From Azolla caroliniana (taxonomy: Eukaryota > Plantae > Polypodiophyta): a stretch of DNA of 64,000 nucleotides. This document shows, one piece after another, positions 10,286-22,118 of this stretch. How positions within the stretch are numbered: the first letter of the stretch is position 1; each line of letters begins with the position of its first letter. The notes below the pieces were generated by a model. That model saw only the letters and a program-made list of their open reading frames with translations. It was not told where the DNA came from and searched no databases. The position numbers were made by a program, and so were the translations under genes. The DNA lies in assembly GCA_043228905.1 (NCBI GenBank), contig JBHGNT010000002.1, positions 10,044,001-10,108,000 on the forward strand, written 5' to 3'.

Positions 10286-12738
10286 CTGTATAAAAGAAGG
10301 CTCTGAAAGAGAAAAATTGTGTTTTTGGGGTAACAATTAATTATTGTGTGGAAAAGATATCAAATTGTCTGTCAAAATCAGTCTTTTTTATGTTGACTTG
10401 CCTTACTTTTAAAAAAAAACATGCCCTAATTATAGGTGTTTTATGACCTACTATAGCTTAAAATAGTAGAAAATGATCCACAAATTGCCTTTATGATAGC
10501 AAATTCTCCTCAATATAGGTTTGGAATCTATATAAGTCATACCTACTCTTTAAAAGAATATATAACCCTGTTTACTTATTACGATATATATTTTCTAGTT
10601 TGAATAGCCCTGCCTAGAATAGATTTTTGAATATAGGACTACCATGTACTCTGAATGCATGATTGATATTTTCACTTCACCACTAATCGCCTGCTAGTGA
10701 GAACCATTCTTCATCTTCATATTTATATTTTAATATACAACCTTAATCTACGTGACCACCTAACTTATGTTTTTGCATATACTTTCTTAAATAGGTCGTT
10801 TGAGAACCTGTCAGACCGACCCGTGAAGAAAATAAAGCTTCGCATACAGGGTTCTCCAATCGAAGCCCAGACCAAGGTAGCTCCTGAGACCATGAAGAGA
10901 GGAAAAAAGCTTCTCTTCAATGAGGAGACAAAATCTCAGCCACATATTGATGTTAGCCAAAAGAAACTTGTCGCCGCTACTGGAGGTGAAGACCTTCCTG
11001 ACCGTGATCTAACGGACAAGGAATGGTGTATGCAATATGTCGACTCAAAGAAAAAAGTCGTATTGTATACAACAAAGAAGAAGGGGGAGGGGCAGCTTGG
11101 AAAGGAAACCCCATTTATGTATGGCCATATTCTACGATTTGACTACGAAGATGCAGATTCGGCCAACATACTGGTAATGATAGAGTGCTCCAAGGGGGTA
11201 CGTAAAGTGTTCCTTTCAGAAGACCTTTTAGTAAAGGAATCTTGTGGGCCAGAAGCGTTCAAAAAAGATCTTGAAAGCTCACAAAACCTTATTGTTACCT
11301 TGAGGCCTTATATACAAGGCCATGTAACTCTAAGAGATGAAGTGCCCTCCCCATTGAAGGCCACAAAAAGGGTATCCAAAGTCCAGTCAAGACCACCAAA
11401 GAAGAAGACAACCAAAATGTCGGACACCGATTCAACAAGTGAAAACGAAGAGGAGGATAATAAGGGGACGCCAGGAGCTGAGCTGGTATCGGGTGTTTTG
11501 TCATCCGATCAGAATAAGATAAGGAGAGAGTTAATGCAACGTAAACTGGTCAGGAAAGGGCAAGTGTTTAATTTGCCTATAACACACATCCATCGGCCCC
11601 CTATTGATGAAAAAATAGGTCGACGACCGCTTGAGATTAGAGAGCCACACCGCATGCATGTTCAAAATCTCAAGAAAAAAATGAAAATTAATCCTCATGC
11701 CACTGTGGTGCCATTTATTGTTATGGTAGATCCTGAAGAATGTGAAACCATTGAAGATTTTGATATTAGAAAGCATGATCAATATAATTATTTTGTCATT
11801 GGTGGATCGCATTCAGCAGAGGCACGTCGGCAACTTGTGAGAGAACATCCAACGACTTTCTTCTTCAAGTATGCCGAGTGCAAAATTTATGTTGGGCTCA
11901 CAACCGAAGAGGCTAAGCTGTTGGCATGGGACCATAATAATGATAATGACTATAGGCAGAAAATGTCGTCCATTGAGCGTATACAGTTCTTCCACCACGA
12001 GTATTTAGACGTTGTCGTAGTGTATTCCACACACTACGTGAAAACCGTAAAATAATATATTCGATTTTAGATACATATAAATAAATAAATAATATATCAA
12101 AATATTTATCATGTGCATAAAGGTAGGATTCAAACCCTATACCTCCACATAGCCAAACCTCAACTTTACCATTATGCTACCTTATCTTTAGTGTTCTACA
12201 AATAGATTTAATAACTATAAGTGCTTTATTTGCGCCTACCTTTATTAAAAAATAAATCATGCATTTTTAGAGTGTGTGAATATTTTATAGAAAAAACACA
12301 AGCAACTAAAAAGTGACTCATGCACATCTAGCGTGCATGAGCACTATATTTAGCAAATAAAAGCAAGGATTAGAAAAGCATCACATGCATATTTAGTGTG
12401 CATGAACATATTAGAAAAAAGCATGTAGCTATGCTTAGTCTCTCCCATCACTATATAAGGATGGGGAGCACATTGTAGTTATTGTTGATTTTTTTCTATA
12501 ATGATCAATCTATCTAAAATATTCGTGGGATTCATGAATTTGCTAAAATAATTCTCTCTTACTACCTAAATATTGACTAAATATACTAAACTCGTGGGAT
12601 TCACAAGATTCTTATCTTATAACTCTTTATACCTATTCTTTACTAGCCTTATTTGTATTTTTCTTCCTCCTAGTCCAAAACGTTGGCGGTTCCCACCCGA
12701 CTCACGCAACGATCCGGAGCCGAAAGGCACGACATAGT

Positions 12739-12753
12739 TGGTGAACCCGACGT
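12739..12753 (+). other. primer-binding site complementary to the tRNA-Trp 3' end
   Basis: TGGTGAACCCGACGT, 4 nt after the 5' LTR. Complementary to the plant tRNA-Trp end ...ACGTCGGGTTCACCA (recalled sequence). Confidence 0.75.
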
Positions 12754-12773
12754 AAAAACCGGGTGGCAAGGAG

Positions 12774-14784
12774 ATGGAAAATCAACCGGAGGCTAGCAAC
12801 ATGATGATGATGTTCGAGCGCATGCTACAAGAACAACGCGTGATGTCGGAGATAGCGGCATCAGTGGAGCGGCTCGTGCAACGAAACGGGCAATTCAACG
12901 GGAAAGACGTGTCGCGGTATCTTCGGGACTACAAGGCGGAGATGCTACGGTGCGGAATATCGGAAGGACTGCAAGTGACGTCCTTCAACCGGGTGGCGAC
13001 CGACGGGCTTCAAGCAAGCATCCATGGGCTACGACAACAAAATCCGACACGGGAGGCGTTTGAAGAAGAGCTAAAGAGGACGTTCGCCATCGAGGATTAC
13101 TCCAAGGCGATGCGAAGGGGATTCGAAGATTGGGTGGAGACGCCGGACAAGGGATTGAAGGTCGTTGATGTGTTTTCGGCATTCGAAAGCCGGTTCGGGA
13201 GGTTGTCCGCGAGAGATCAAGCTATCCTCGTTCCAGACAAGGTGATCATGTTCTTGCGAGCCGTGGACGTCTGGGACCGGAAAGATCTCGGAGTGCTCTT
13301 GGAGGACACGACCATGGAGAGTGGCCTCACCAAAACATGGGAAAGCGTGCGGGCAATGGCTTGCCAACGAGGAAAAGAGGGTTTCGGAACCGATTCCGAA
13401 ACCGAGAACCGGATTGGAAGACCATCAACCGAGGGCTCGGGAGACTACAACCGAGAAGGGGATTGATGCATCTACGGTGGAGCAACTATTGAAGGAGATG
13501 GAGAATCTGAAGATCGCAATGGTGAAGAAGTCGGATGACCGCCCCACAAGCTCCAAGTATACGGACCGACGATGCATATGGTGTGATAGCGCCGAACACG
13601 ATCAGAGGGATTGCGACAAGCATAAGGAGGCGCTACAGCGGGATCTCATCTACTACGAGGGAAACCGGATTCATTCGATGGACTCTTGGAAGCCACTCCG
13701 ACTGAACTTCCAGAAAGGCGGCATGAAGAAGGTGCTCGAGGAGGAATTGGCAGCAAGAAGCAACTATGCGACAACCGCGGGAATATGTGTCGGGGAGTCA
13801 TCGAGAGCAAAGACCTCTTTTTGGCCGGAAGTTCTAGAAAACACCGAGAAAACCGACTCCAACGAGATCCCAAGCACCGCGGAAGGCGTCCGGGAAGCTA
13901 CGGGATGAGAGTACCCTGTCGACAAGAATAGCGTATACGCCCTGTGTCAATTGCATAAGGTGTATGTGGACGAGAAACGACGACGCACGGAGGATGCGGG
14001 CGGGCCATCGAAGATACCGGAAAGCTGGAACTCCGGAGGTAAGGGAAAAGAAAAGGCAACTCCGGCATTCAAGCTCACCTCGGACATAGAACAACAAACC
14101 GACTTGAAAAGAGTGTTCGAGGAAAGGATCTTGGATAGCCGGGTAGATTTCTCGCTTCGGGAGCTACTCGGAATAGCAAAGGAGTTCCACGATCTTCTCG
14201 TGGATCTCGTGAAGCGAAAAAGACAAAGTACGGAGGAAAATTCTCCAAGGGTGAATGCGAACACCGTTTTAATGAACGACACCGAAGTGGAGGACGAAAT
14301 TCCGAACTCCCACTATACAAGGCCACATTGGGCACGCGCGACTACAGAGACTCCGGTCCGAATCGGCAACATCAAAGAACCCGTGCTAGCATTGATTGAT
14401 CACGGATCGGAGATCAACTTGATGTCCAAGGAGTTCTACCGGACGGGGAAGTGGCCTATTAACACCAACCATGGATGGAAGATTCGGGCGGCCACCAAAG
14501 CAACGGAAGATCTATTTGCGGCTTGTCCGGATGTGACGGTGAAGATCGGGGATGTCGAGATCGACCAAAATTTCTTCGTGCAAGATGAGGGTTCACATTC
14601 CGTCATCCTCGGCCAACCCTTTATCACTGCATCACGGATGGAGACGAAGGTGCTCGATAGCGGTGCGGCTTTTGCACGAATTCGGAGCCAAAACGGTGGG
14701 AAATCCGTCCAATTCCTAACGGTGCCGGCAAATCACGAAAGGAACAAGAGGGAACTCTTGTCCCAAGTGAGAATGGATTTTTAA
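12774..14784 (+). pseudogene. gypsy gag plus aspartic protease (frameshift near 13360, stop at 13906)
   Basis: FNGKDVSRYLRDY gag start, zinc knuckle CIWCDSAEHDQRDC, protease ALIDHGSEINLM ... VILGQPF. Confidence 0.88.
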
Positions 14785-14918
14785 AGCGGACTGTTGCGGA
14801 GTGGGGAAGTGATAGTCCGAGAAGCCCTGATACCCCACACAGGAAGAAAACTCTTGGAGCAAAACATGTACGAATCGGTCCGGATGGGGCATCTACGTAC
14901 ACGACCGTAACCGGAGGA

Positions 14919-17900
14919 TTGAAGAAAGGATACCGACAAGTGGAGGATAAGTTGCGGTCGGCATCAATAATAAAAGAAGATGAAGAAATCATGGGGATAG
15001 TCGAAGAAGTGTTCTATGGGAGCACGCTACAACGACTTGAAGAGCTTGCGGAAGATAAAAGCCAAGGGAACCGGGTAGTCCCGGTGGAATCGGTCGAGAT
15101 GTACGAGATCATTGCGAAAATGGTGCCGGATACGCTCCGCAAAGAAGAAGCAATGGTAAGTACGAAATACAAGACCATGGAGAAGAAGGTGAAACCGGCC
15201 ACGGGACCACTACCCGCCGATAGCGAACAAAAGAGGAAAGAAGTCTCGGGAGATCGAACACTTCGGAAGTTCGTGGATATCGGACATGCCTTCACGGATG
15301 AGACCCGGAAGAAACTTCGGATCGGTGGAGGTGGGTTCCTATTACAAAAAGAAGAAGAACGGTTTCGCGAGATGTTGGAGCAACACGGCAAAGCGTTTGC
15401 ATTTACATCAAGGGAGATAGGGTGCGTCAATCCGAGAATAGTGGAGCCAATGGTGATCTTCACGATTGACCATGTACCGTGGAACCTGAAGCCGATTCCG
15501 GTGCCACGAGCGCATATTCTGAAAGTCATTGACTTGCTCAAGAAGAAGGTGGCGATGGGGATTCTAGAGCCATCAACTGCTCCGTACTCAAATCGATGGT
15601 TTACGGTTCCAAAGAGGAATGGGTCACTCCGATTTATCCAAGACTTGCAACCGGTGAATAAGGTCACGATCCGGAACTCGGGAGTCGGTCCGATAGTGGA
15701 TGAATTTGCGGAAGCTTTTGCCGGTTATGCGATATACTCCATCGGAGACCTATACTCGGGGTATGACCAATTCCAACTAGCCGTGGAGAGCCGAGACATC
15801 ACAACCATGCGAACACCGATAGGATTAGTCCGAATGTGCACACTACCACAAGGAGCGACAAACTCGGTTGCTCATATGATGAACGCGATGAACAAGGTGC
15901 TTCGAGACTGCATTCCGGAGATAACGATGCCGTTCCTCGATGACATTCCGATAAAAGGATGCGCGATAGAAGAAAAAGATGAGACTATGGATGATCGGGG
16001 ATGCCGAAAGTTCGTGGTCGACCATATTCATGATTGCGAGAAAGTGTTGCGAAAGCTAGAAGATGTGCACCTAACACTTTCCGGGGAGAAATCGGTGTTC
16101 GGGCAAGAAGAAATATTGGTGGTCGGACATCTATGTGGGCCCTACGGCCGAAGACCGTCACCAACAAAGATCGATGCGATTCAAGCTATGGAGGAAATAT
16201 GCGAGTCAACATCCGAAGTTCGAAGGTTTCTCGGTGCATGTGCATTCTATCACATATGGATTCCGCACTATGCACATATAGCGAACCCGCTCTACCACTT
16301 GTTGCGGAAAGGTAAGAAATTCAAATGGAAACCGGAACACACCAAAGCCATGAAGAAATTGAAGAAGACACTTCGGAGGGCGGAAGCACTTAAGAAGCCA
16401 AGCTACGACCGACCGATCATAGTAACTGTTGATACAAGTCCAACCGGTATCGGGTGGGTCATCAATCAAGCCGACTCGGATGGTTCGCGGTATCCGATCC
16501 GATTCGGAGCAAAGGTTCTCAACGAAAGGCAACGTGGATATGCACAAGTCAAAAGAGAACTGTGGGGAGTCGTGTCGGCGATAAAATCGGATCGGGATTA
16601 TTTGATCGGACCCGAAGTGGTGATTGAGACGGATTGTCTTCCGATACTCGGGATAATGCGGTGTTGTACGATACCGGATGTAGCTATGCTAAGGTGGGTT
16701 GCATATGTCAAGTCGCTTAATCCGGAGGTTCGACACATCTCGGGGAAGGACAACGCGGTAGCGGATATGTTATCAAGGGCTCGGTTCGGAGAAGGCATAA
16801 CCGAATCGGATAATGAAGAAGTTTCTGAAGACTACTTCGCATCGGAGCACATATGCCGAGTGAACGTAATCCGAGAATTCCGGGAAGAAGAATACGAGGG
16901 AGAAAGTTTGATGATCGGAAAGATGTTACAAGAGGCCGAGGACTCAACAAACGATAAAGGAAGAAGAGCCGAGATCCGAAGGAAGAAGAGGCAAGTCCAA
17001 AAGTTCTTCTTGGAAAACGGATTAATATGGAGGGCGCCGAAAAGACCGGATGGTATACCACTTCGAGTAGTTGGGACAAAAGAGCAACGAAACCGGATAA
17101 TGTCTGAGTTTCACGAATCCGATTGGGCTGGACACCGAGGAACATGGGCAACATTTGTGAAGATCAAGCAAAAATATTGGTGGAAGAAAATGTACAAAGA
17201 TGTCGCGGAGTTCACGGAAAGCTGCGAGAAATGTCAAGTCTACTCCGGGGTTCGACATCGAGATGAGTTACATCCGACATTCTCACCGACAATCAACTTC
17301 AAGTGGATGGTCGACATAGTGGCCATGCTGACCGGGATCGGACAAAAGAAATACTTGGTATTAGCTTGGGAAGATCTCACGAATCAAGTAGAAGGTCGAG
17401 CGCTTCAGAGGAAAACGTGTTCCGCGGTATGCCAATTTCTTTTGGAGGAAGTATTTTGCAGGTACGGGTGCGTAGGGCAAGTGATTGCGGACCGGGGAGA
17501 ACTTGACTCGGACAAAGCTAGGGGATTCTTCGCCAAACACGGAGTTCAGTTATCGCTGACAACGGCATACAATCCGGAGGCCAACGGGAAAATCAAACGA
17601 GGACATAGTCCGATCGTGAAAGCACTTGCGAAGGCATGCGATGGAAAGGTGAAGGACTGGCCGCAGATGCTTCCGTATGCACTATGGGCGGATCGGACGA
17701 CGCATAGCTCCGTAACCGGTTACATGCCGATAGAGCTCATGACCAGACAAGCACCGGTAATGCCGACGGAAACCGCGATCGCAACATGGACAGTGCTACC
17801 GTGGAAGGAAGAGATGAGCCGGGAAGAACTACTAGCGGTCCGGATACAACAACTAGAGGGAAGATCGACAGACATAGCGGAAGCAATACACCGACAACAA

Positions 17901-18416
17901 GAAGCACGGTTCCGGAACAAAAGCCAGTTCGACACAAAGCACCGACTACGATCGAGGAGGATTGAAGAAGGAGATTGGGTGATCGTCTATGACAATAGTT
18001 TGGACCATCAACATAAAACGATGCGGAAATTCGCGAAAAGGTGGTTCGGGCCATACGAGGTTCGGAAAGTCTTCGACAACGGAACGTACCGACTGTCCGA
18101 GTTGGATGGAACAATACTACGAGTGCCTATAGCCGGGAAGCGGGTGAAGATTTTCAAGAAGCGGACCGACGACAAACCCTATGTGATCCAAGCCAAGCCC
18201 GACAACGAGGAGCAATCAGACGAAGACCACGGTGATGCAAGAAGCGAAGAAAGTGAATTACAACTCATAGTCGACATTAGGGGAGAATCGGAGGAAGCTT
18301 TGGGTGAAGACGGATATGAGGAATCGAGAACTTCGGCACATACCGGAGGATGTGCGGGTTCGCAGGGGGCGAGTGTCGTAGTGTATTCCACACACTACGT
18401 GAAAACCGTAAAATAA
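14919..18416 (+). CDS. gypsy pol (RT-RNase H-integrase), open frame of at least 1165 aa
   Basis: RT LPQGATNS and PFLDD, RNase H VDTSPTGIG and ETDC, integrase H..GH..C..C with D,D-E (VDIV, ADRGE, PEANG), GPY motif. Frame reads through into the 3' LTR. Confidence 0.92.
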   Translation: MKKGYRQVEDKLRSASIIKEDEEIMGIVEEVFYGSTLQRLEELAEDKSQGNRVVPVESVEMYEIIAKMVPDTLRKEEAMVSTKYKTMEKKVKPATGPLPADSEQKRKEVSGDRTLRKFVDIGHAFTDETRKKLRIGGGGFLLQKEEERFREMLEQHGKAFAFTSREIGCVNPRIVEPMVIFTIDHVPWNLKPIPVPRAHILKVIDLLKKKVAMGILEPSTAPYSNRWFTVPKRNGSLRFIQDLQPVNKVTIRNSGVGPIVDEFAEAFAGYAIYSIGDLYSGYDQFQLAVESRDITTMRTPIGLVRMCTLPQGATNSVAHMMNAMNKVLRDCIPEITMPFLDDIPIKGCAIEEKDETMDDRGCRKFVVDHIHDCEKVLRKLEDVHLTLSGEKSVFGQEEILVVGHLCGPYGRRPSPTKIDAIQAMEEICESTSEVRRFLGACAFYHIWIPHYAHIANPLYHLLRKGKKFKWKPEHTKAMKKLKKTLRRAEALKKPSYDRPIIVTVDTSPTGIGWVINQADSDGSRYPIRFGAKVLNERQRGYAQVKRELWGVVSAIKSDRDYLIGPEVVIETDCLPILGIMRCCTIPDVAMLRWVAYVKSLNPEVRHISGKDNAVADMLSRARFGEGITESDNEEVSEDYFASEHICRVNVIREFREEEYEGESLMIGKMLQEAEDSTNDKGRRAEIRRKKRQVQKFFLENGLIWRAPKRPDGIPLRVVGTKEQRNRIMSEFHESDWAGHRGTWATFVKIKQKYWWKKMYKDVAEFTESCEKCQVYSGVRHRDELHPTFSPTINFKWMVDIVAMLTGIGQKKYLVLAWEDLTNQVEGRALQRKTCSAVCQFLLEEVFCRYGCVGQVIADRGELDSDKARGFFAKHGVQLSLTTAYNPEANGKIKRGHSPIVKALAKACDGKVKDWPQMLPYALWADRTTHSSVTGYMPIELMTRQAPVMPTETAIATWTVLPWKEEMSREELLAVRIQQLEGRSTDIAEAIHRQQEARFRNKSQFDTKHRLRSRRIEEGDWVIVYDNSLDHQHKTMRKFAKRWFGPYEVRKVFDNGTYRLSELDGTILRVPIAGKRVKIFKKRTDDKPYVIQAKPDNEEQSDEDHGDARSEESELQLIVDIRGESEEALGEDGYEESRTSAHTGGCAGSQGASVVVYSTHYVKTVK

Positions 18417-21400
18417 TATATTCGATTTTAGATACATATAAATAAATAAATAATATATCAAAATATTTATCATGTGCATAAGGCAAGATTCGAACCCTAT
18501 ACCTCCATGTAGCCAAACCTCAACTTTACCATTATGCTACCTTATCTTTAGTGTTTTACAAATAGATTTAATAACTATAAGTCCTTTATTTGCGCCTACC
18601 TTTATTAAAAGGTAAATCATGCATTTTTAGAGTGTGTGAATATTTTATAGAAAAAACGCAAGCAACTAAAAAGTGACTCATGCACATCTAGCGTGCATGA
18701 GCACTATATTTAGCAAATAAAAGCAAGGATTAGAAAAGCCTCACATGCATATTTAGTGTGCATGAACATATTAGAAAAAAGCATGTAGCTATGCTTAGTC
18801 TCTCCCATCACTATATAAGGATGGGGAGCACATTGTAGTTATTGTTGATTTTTTTCTATAATGATCAATCAATCTAAAATATTCGTGGGATTCACGAATT
18901 TGCTAAAATAATTCTCTCTTACTACCTAAATATTGACTAAATATACTAAACTTGTGGGATTCACAAGATTCTTATCTTATAACTCTTTATACCTATTCTT
19001 TACTAGCCTTATTTGTATTTTTCTTCCTCCTAGTCCAAAACCTCGGCGGTTCCCACCCGACTCACGCAACGATCCGGAGCCGAAAGGCACGACAACGTGA
19101 AACAAAAGTTTGGTGTGAAGTTACATCCATGCCTACGACGTCAATGTCTGCATGAAGTCAGCATTGTGGTAGATGATAATGTTAAGTCCGATGGTCTTCG
19201 AAAATATGAGTCTTGGTTTCAATTGGCGTTTAGAGATGGAGAAGTATGGGACCTACAAGATGAAATCTTCTCAATGTGGGAGAATAAGGAGGTAAAGGGT
19301 CAACGACAAAAGAAATGTAAGGTTGACCCTCAACTAGAGGTAAAGTCACAAGCCGCCAAGAAAATTGACTTGACAATTGAAGAAGCGGCAGACGACATGA
19401 AGCTGTCTTTGTGGAGAGCGATGCAAGGTATTAAGGACGAGCAGCTTCTTGTGTCTGTTTTGTCAAGGGTTGTGGCGAAAGATTTAAGCCTTGAAGAAAT
19501 GGTCACTGAGTTCAATAAGTAAGTCTTTCAAATACTGAAATTGTAGTCTATCTGGTGTAATTCAAAGTTCTAATCTTGATTTCTAATTTTACAATCATAA
19601 GGTTGTACATGAAGATCCAAGAAGTTATGATGAAACAACTTGGATGTATAACTTGGGAACAAGTGATTGAGGATTATCCTCTAACGTCTTCATATAAGGC
19701 GTTATCAGAGTATTTTATTGCATTCAAGGATTGGGTTAGTATTGATGGTTTTTCATTACCCTTTCATCATATGTAGAGCTTGTATAATAATACCTGATGT
19801 CCTATTGCTTCTATTAGAAACCGTGTCGAGGCAAGAAACAAGGAGAAGTTAAGGATATACACGATTTCCCTACATCCTTCCTTGCACATCTCAAGCGAGC
19901 CAGAAAAGAAAAGGATCGTCGCTTAGTCAAGGCGTACGAAATGGAGGAAGATGACTCCTTTAAAAAATTTAGCCACAAAAAAGATATTACGAGAGATCTT
20001 TACTACAATGTGGTTTGCGGTGATGTCGTCGACTTGATCCAAAAGGTGCCAAAGAAAGAATATACGCTAATGATTGCGGATATTCCTTACGGATTTCGAA
20101 TGGTTGGGTCATCATACGACGATGAACCGTTTAGGTTTAAACAATTGGAGAAGATGGTCAAGGATTTCGCTGAGCTAACGACTGCATCCTTGTGGCGAAT
20201 AGTTGTCTTTCATAGTATGGACCAAGGGTACTCGATAGCTCAAGCTTTGAGATCTCGTTGCCATGGCATCAAGAACCTTGCATGGTAAGGATTATTTATA
20301 GGTGTCATTCACTATATTGCATTTCTTAGGGTTGTTCAATCTATTCTTAACTCGACGTATTATTTTTTATAGGATCAAGACCAATGTAAATAGAGGGCCA
20401 ACTTTTCGGTTCGTTAATGCCATTGAATACATCACGGTTGGCTACTTCGATGAAATTAAGAAACAGAGAATCAAGGAGCATTCTAATGAAGTGGGAGGTT
20501 CAAATCTGTTAGTATATCCAGCAGTGACACGGAAATTGCGACATGTCACCACGATAGAACGGGGACTTGTCAACCCATACCAAAAACCTCAATGACTTAT
20601 GATGCGCTTGATCGAGATGTTTTCTATCGAAGGAGACTAGATATTAGATCTCTTTTCTGGCACAGGTATTCCTCGAACTAGGGTAATGATCTTGAGATAA
20701 CCAATCCCTTTTTTTTTCGTTTGACAACTAAATCTTCTTGTTACTTACATCACAGGAACGACGTCTACATGTGCATTGAAGCTTTTTAGAAATACAGTTG
20801 CATTGGAGAAGGACGAGGACTAGGTTATATTTATTAATATGCGGATTACGGCTTTGTGGGAGTGCCCAGACCAGGATGAGGAGGTCGGTGCAAAGAACCT
20901 CGCTAATACAGAAAGGTTTCAACCTGCTTCGCGAGAGCCTATTCCTCCGTTAGCCGGTGAACCGGGGGAGCTAATAGAGCTTGATGATGAGCTTATAGAA
21001 GATATTTCGTTGGCTCGGCTAACAGGGGAAGCCAATGCACGTATAGCCGAAGAGAGTTCTACACAAGATGATGAAGAAAATGACGTTGATGAATTGATTG
21101 CTATGTAATAGACTCTATGAAGAAAATGACACTGACGATTTGTTAGGATTTCACATTATTAATACAAATTTTGGGTTTTACCTAGAGGATTCTATTCTTT
21201 ATAATCTTCTATATGTTTCAATTTTATTTTTATATACTTGGTTAGTAGATTTATGACATTGGTTTCACCGCATGCATAGCTGACTACCAAATTTATGGAG
21301 AAACATGAATTAGTTTAAATTGAGGCTGATTTTGGTCCAAGCTAACCTTAACAGAACATGGCCCTATAATTGTTGCCATGACTGTCCATGTTGTTATTAT

Positions 21401-22118
21401 GGATCTTTGTCTTCTATTGTTAAAACTATTATGTTTCTATTCCATTGCTGCTTAGATTGTGTAGTGTGTTGATAATGGTTCCAGTTGCGTTATCGTTCGG
21501 AGTTTGATCTTGTGTGAATCACCTAAGCAATAGAGTAGATCAATTTTAAATACAGGTATGAAAGCCTAATAGGTTTGTTATTTCCACGACATTATCCTAA
21601 AGTTCACTGCCTTACATTGTCCACAATTATATACATATGGTTTGATCCCATATGAACAAACTGAGGAATAGATTAGATCAACTTTAAATACAAGTATTGA
21701 ATACTTTAATAAGTTTGTTATTCCAATCACTTATCCTAATGTGCACTATCCTACATTTTCCACAATTACATACATGCACGTATGGGTCAAAGTATAAATT
21801 ATAACTCATTTTATTAGTATGGATACAAGTACACCTCATATTTTTGTAAAACTTACCTAATTAATATAAGTCTTTAAGTTAGTGTTTCCCTTATCGCACA
21901 GTAGTGACATATTGAGCCGTAGTTGAACTTTATTATGCCTACATTAACTTATCAACGTGTCTAAACTTGCATGATTTCTAATGATCTCCACTCGTAGATC
22001 TATCATGTATTTTTATATTTGCAAATTCTCATCAAGTTGAGGAACATGTGATACTAGTGCATCCAATTTTTGTAGAGAGGGTGTATTTGCTTCGTTTTAA
22101 GAAGATTCTACAAGTGGA

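Larger units (their letters stand above)
12013..19094 (+). mobile_element. full-length Ty3/gypsy LTR retrotransposon (non-chromoviral, tRNA-Trp primed) inserted in exon 2 of the methyltransferase gene
   Basis: LTRs 12013-12734 and 18374-19094, TG...CA, about 16 substitutions plus 1 indel by eye (~97-98%). 4-bp TSD ACGT at 12009-12012 and 19095-19098. PBS 12739-12753. Purine tract just before 18374. Confidence 0.95.
9659..21108 (+). pseudogene. six-exon gene: ParB/Srx-like domain fused to beta-class N6A/N4C DNA methyltransferase (~972 aa), split by a gypsy and three stops
   Basis: Exons: 9659-9693, 10795-12012 joined to 19099-19518, 19602-19734, 19818-20284, 20373-20665, 20756-21108. All introns are GT-AG with matching phases, and the CDS totals 2919 nt (973 codons). 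Motifs FVIGGSHSAEARRQL, VCGDVVDLI, MIADIPYG, AWIK, PYQKPQxLMMRLIEMFS, ILDLFSGTGTT, VALEKD. Premature stops at 20593, 20638 and 20821. Confidence 0.85.

Noticed and set aside
10697-12055. 452-aa ORF as a complete gene
   Set aside because: Its first ~32 codons are intron 1 and its last ~14 are gypsy LTR. It is exon 2a of the larger gene.
15014-15667. Long antisense ORFs within gypsy and copia pol regions
   Set aside because: Shadow frames of GC-richer retroelement coding sequence.
9659-21108. Bacterial contamination or prophage as the source of the ParB-methyltransferase
   Set aside because: It has five GT-AG introns and a TATA box, contains a plant gypsy insertion, and is nested in a plant copia with a TSD.
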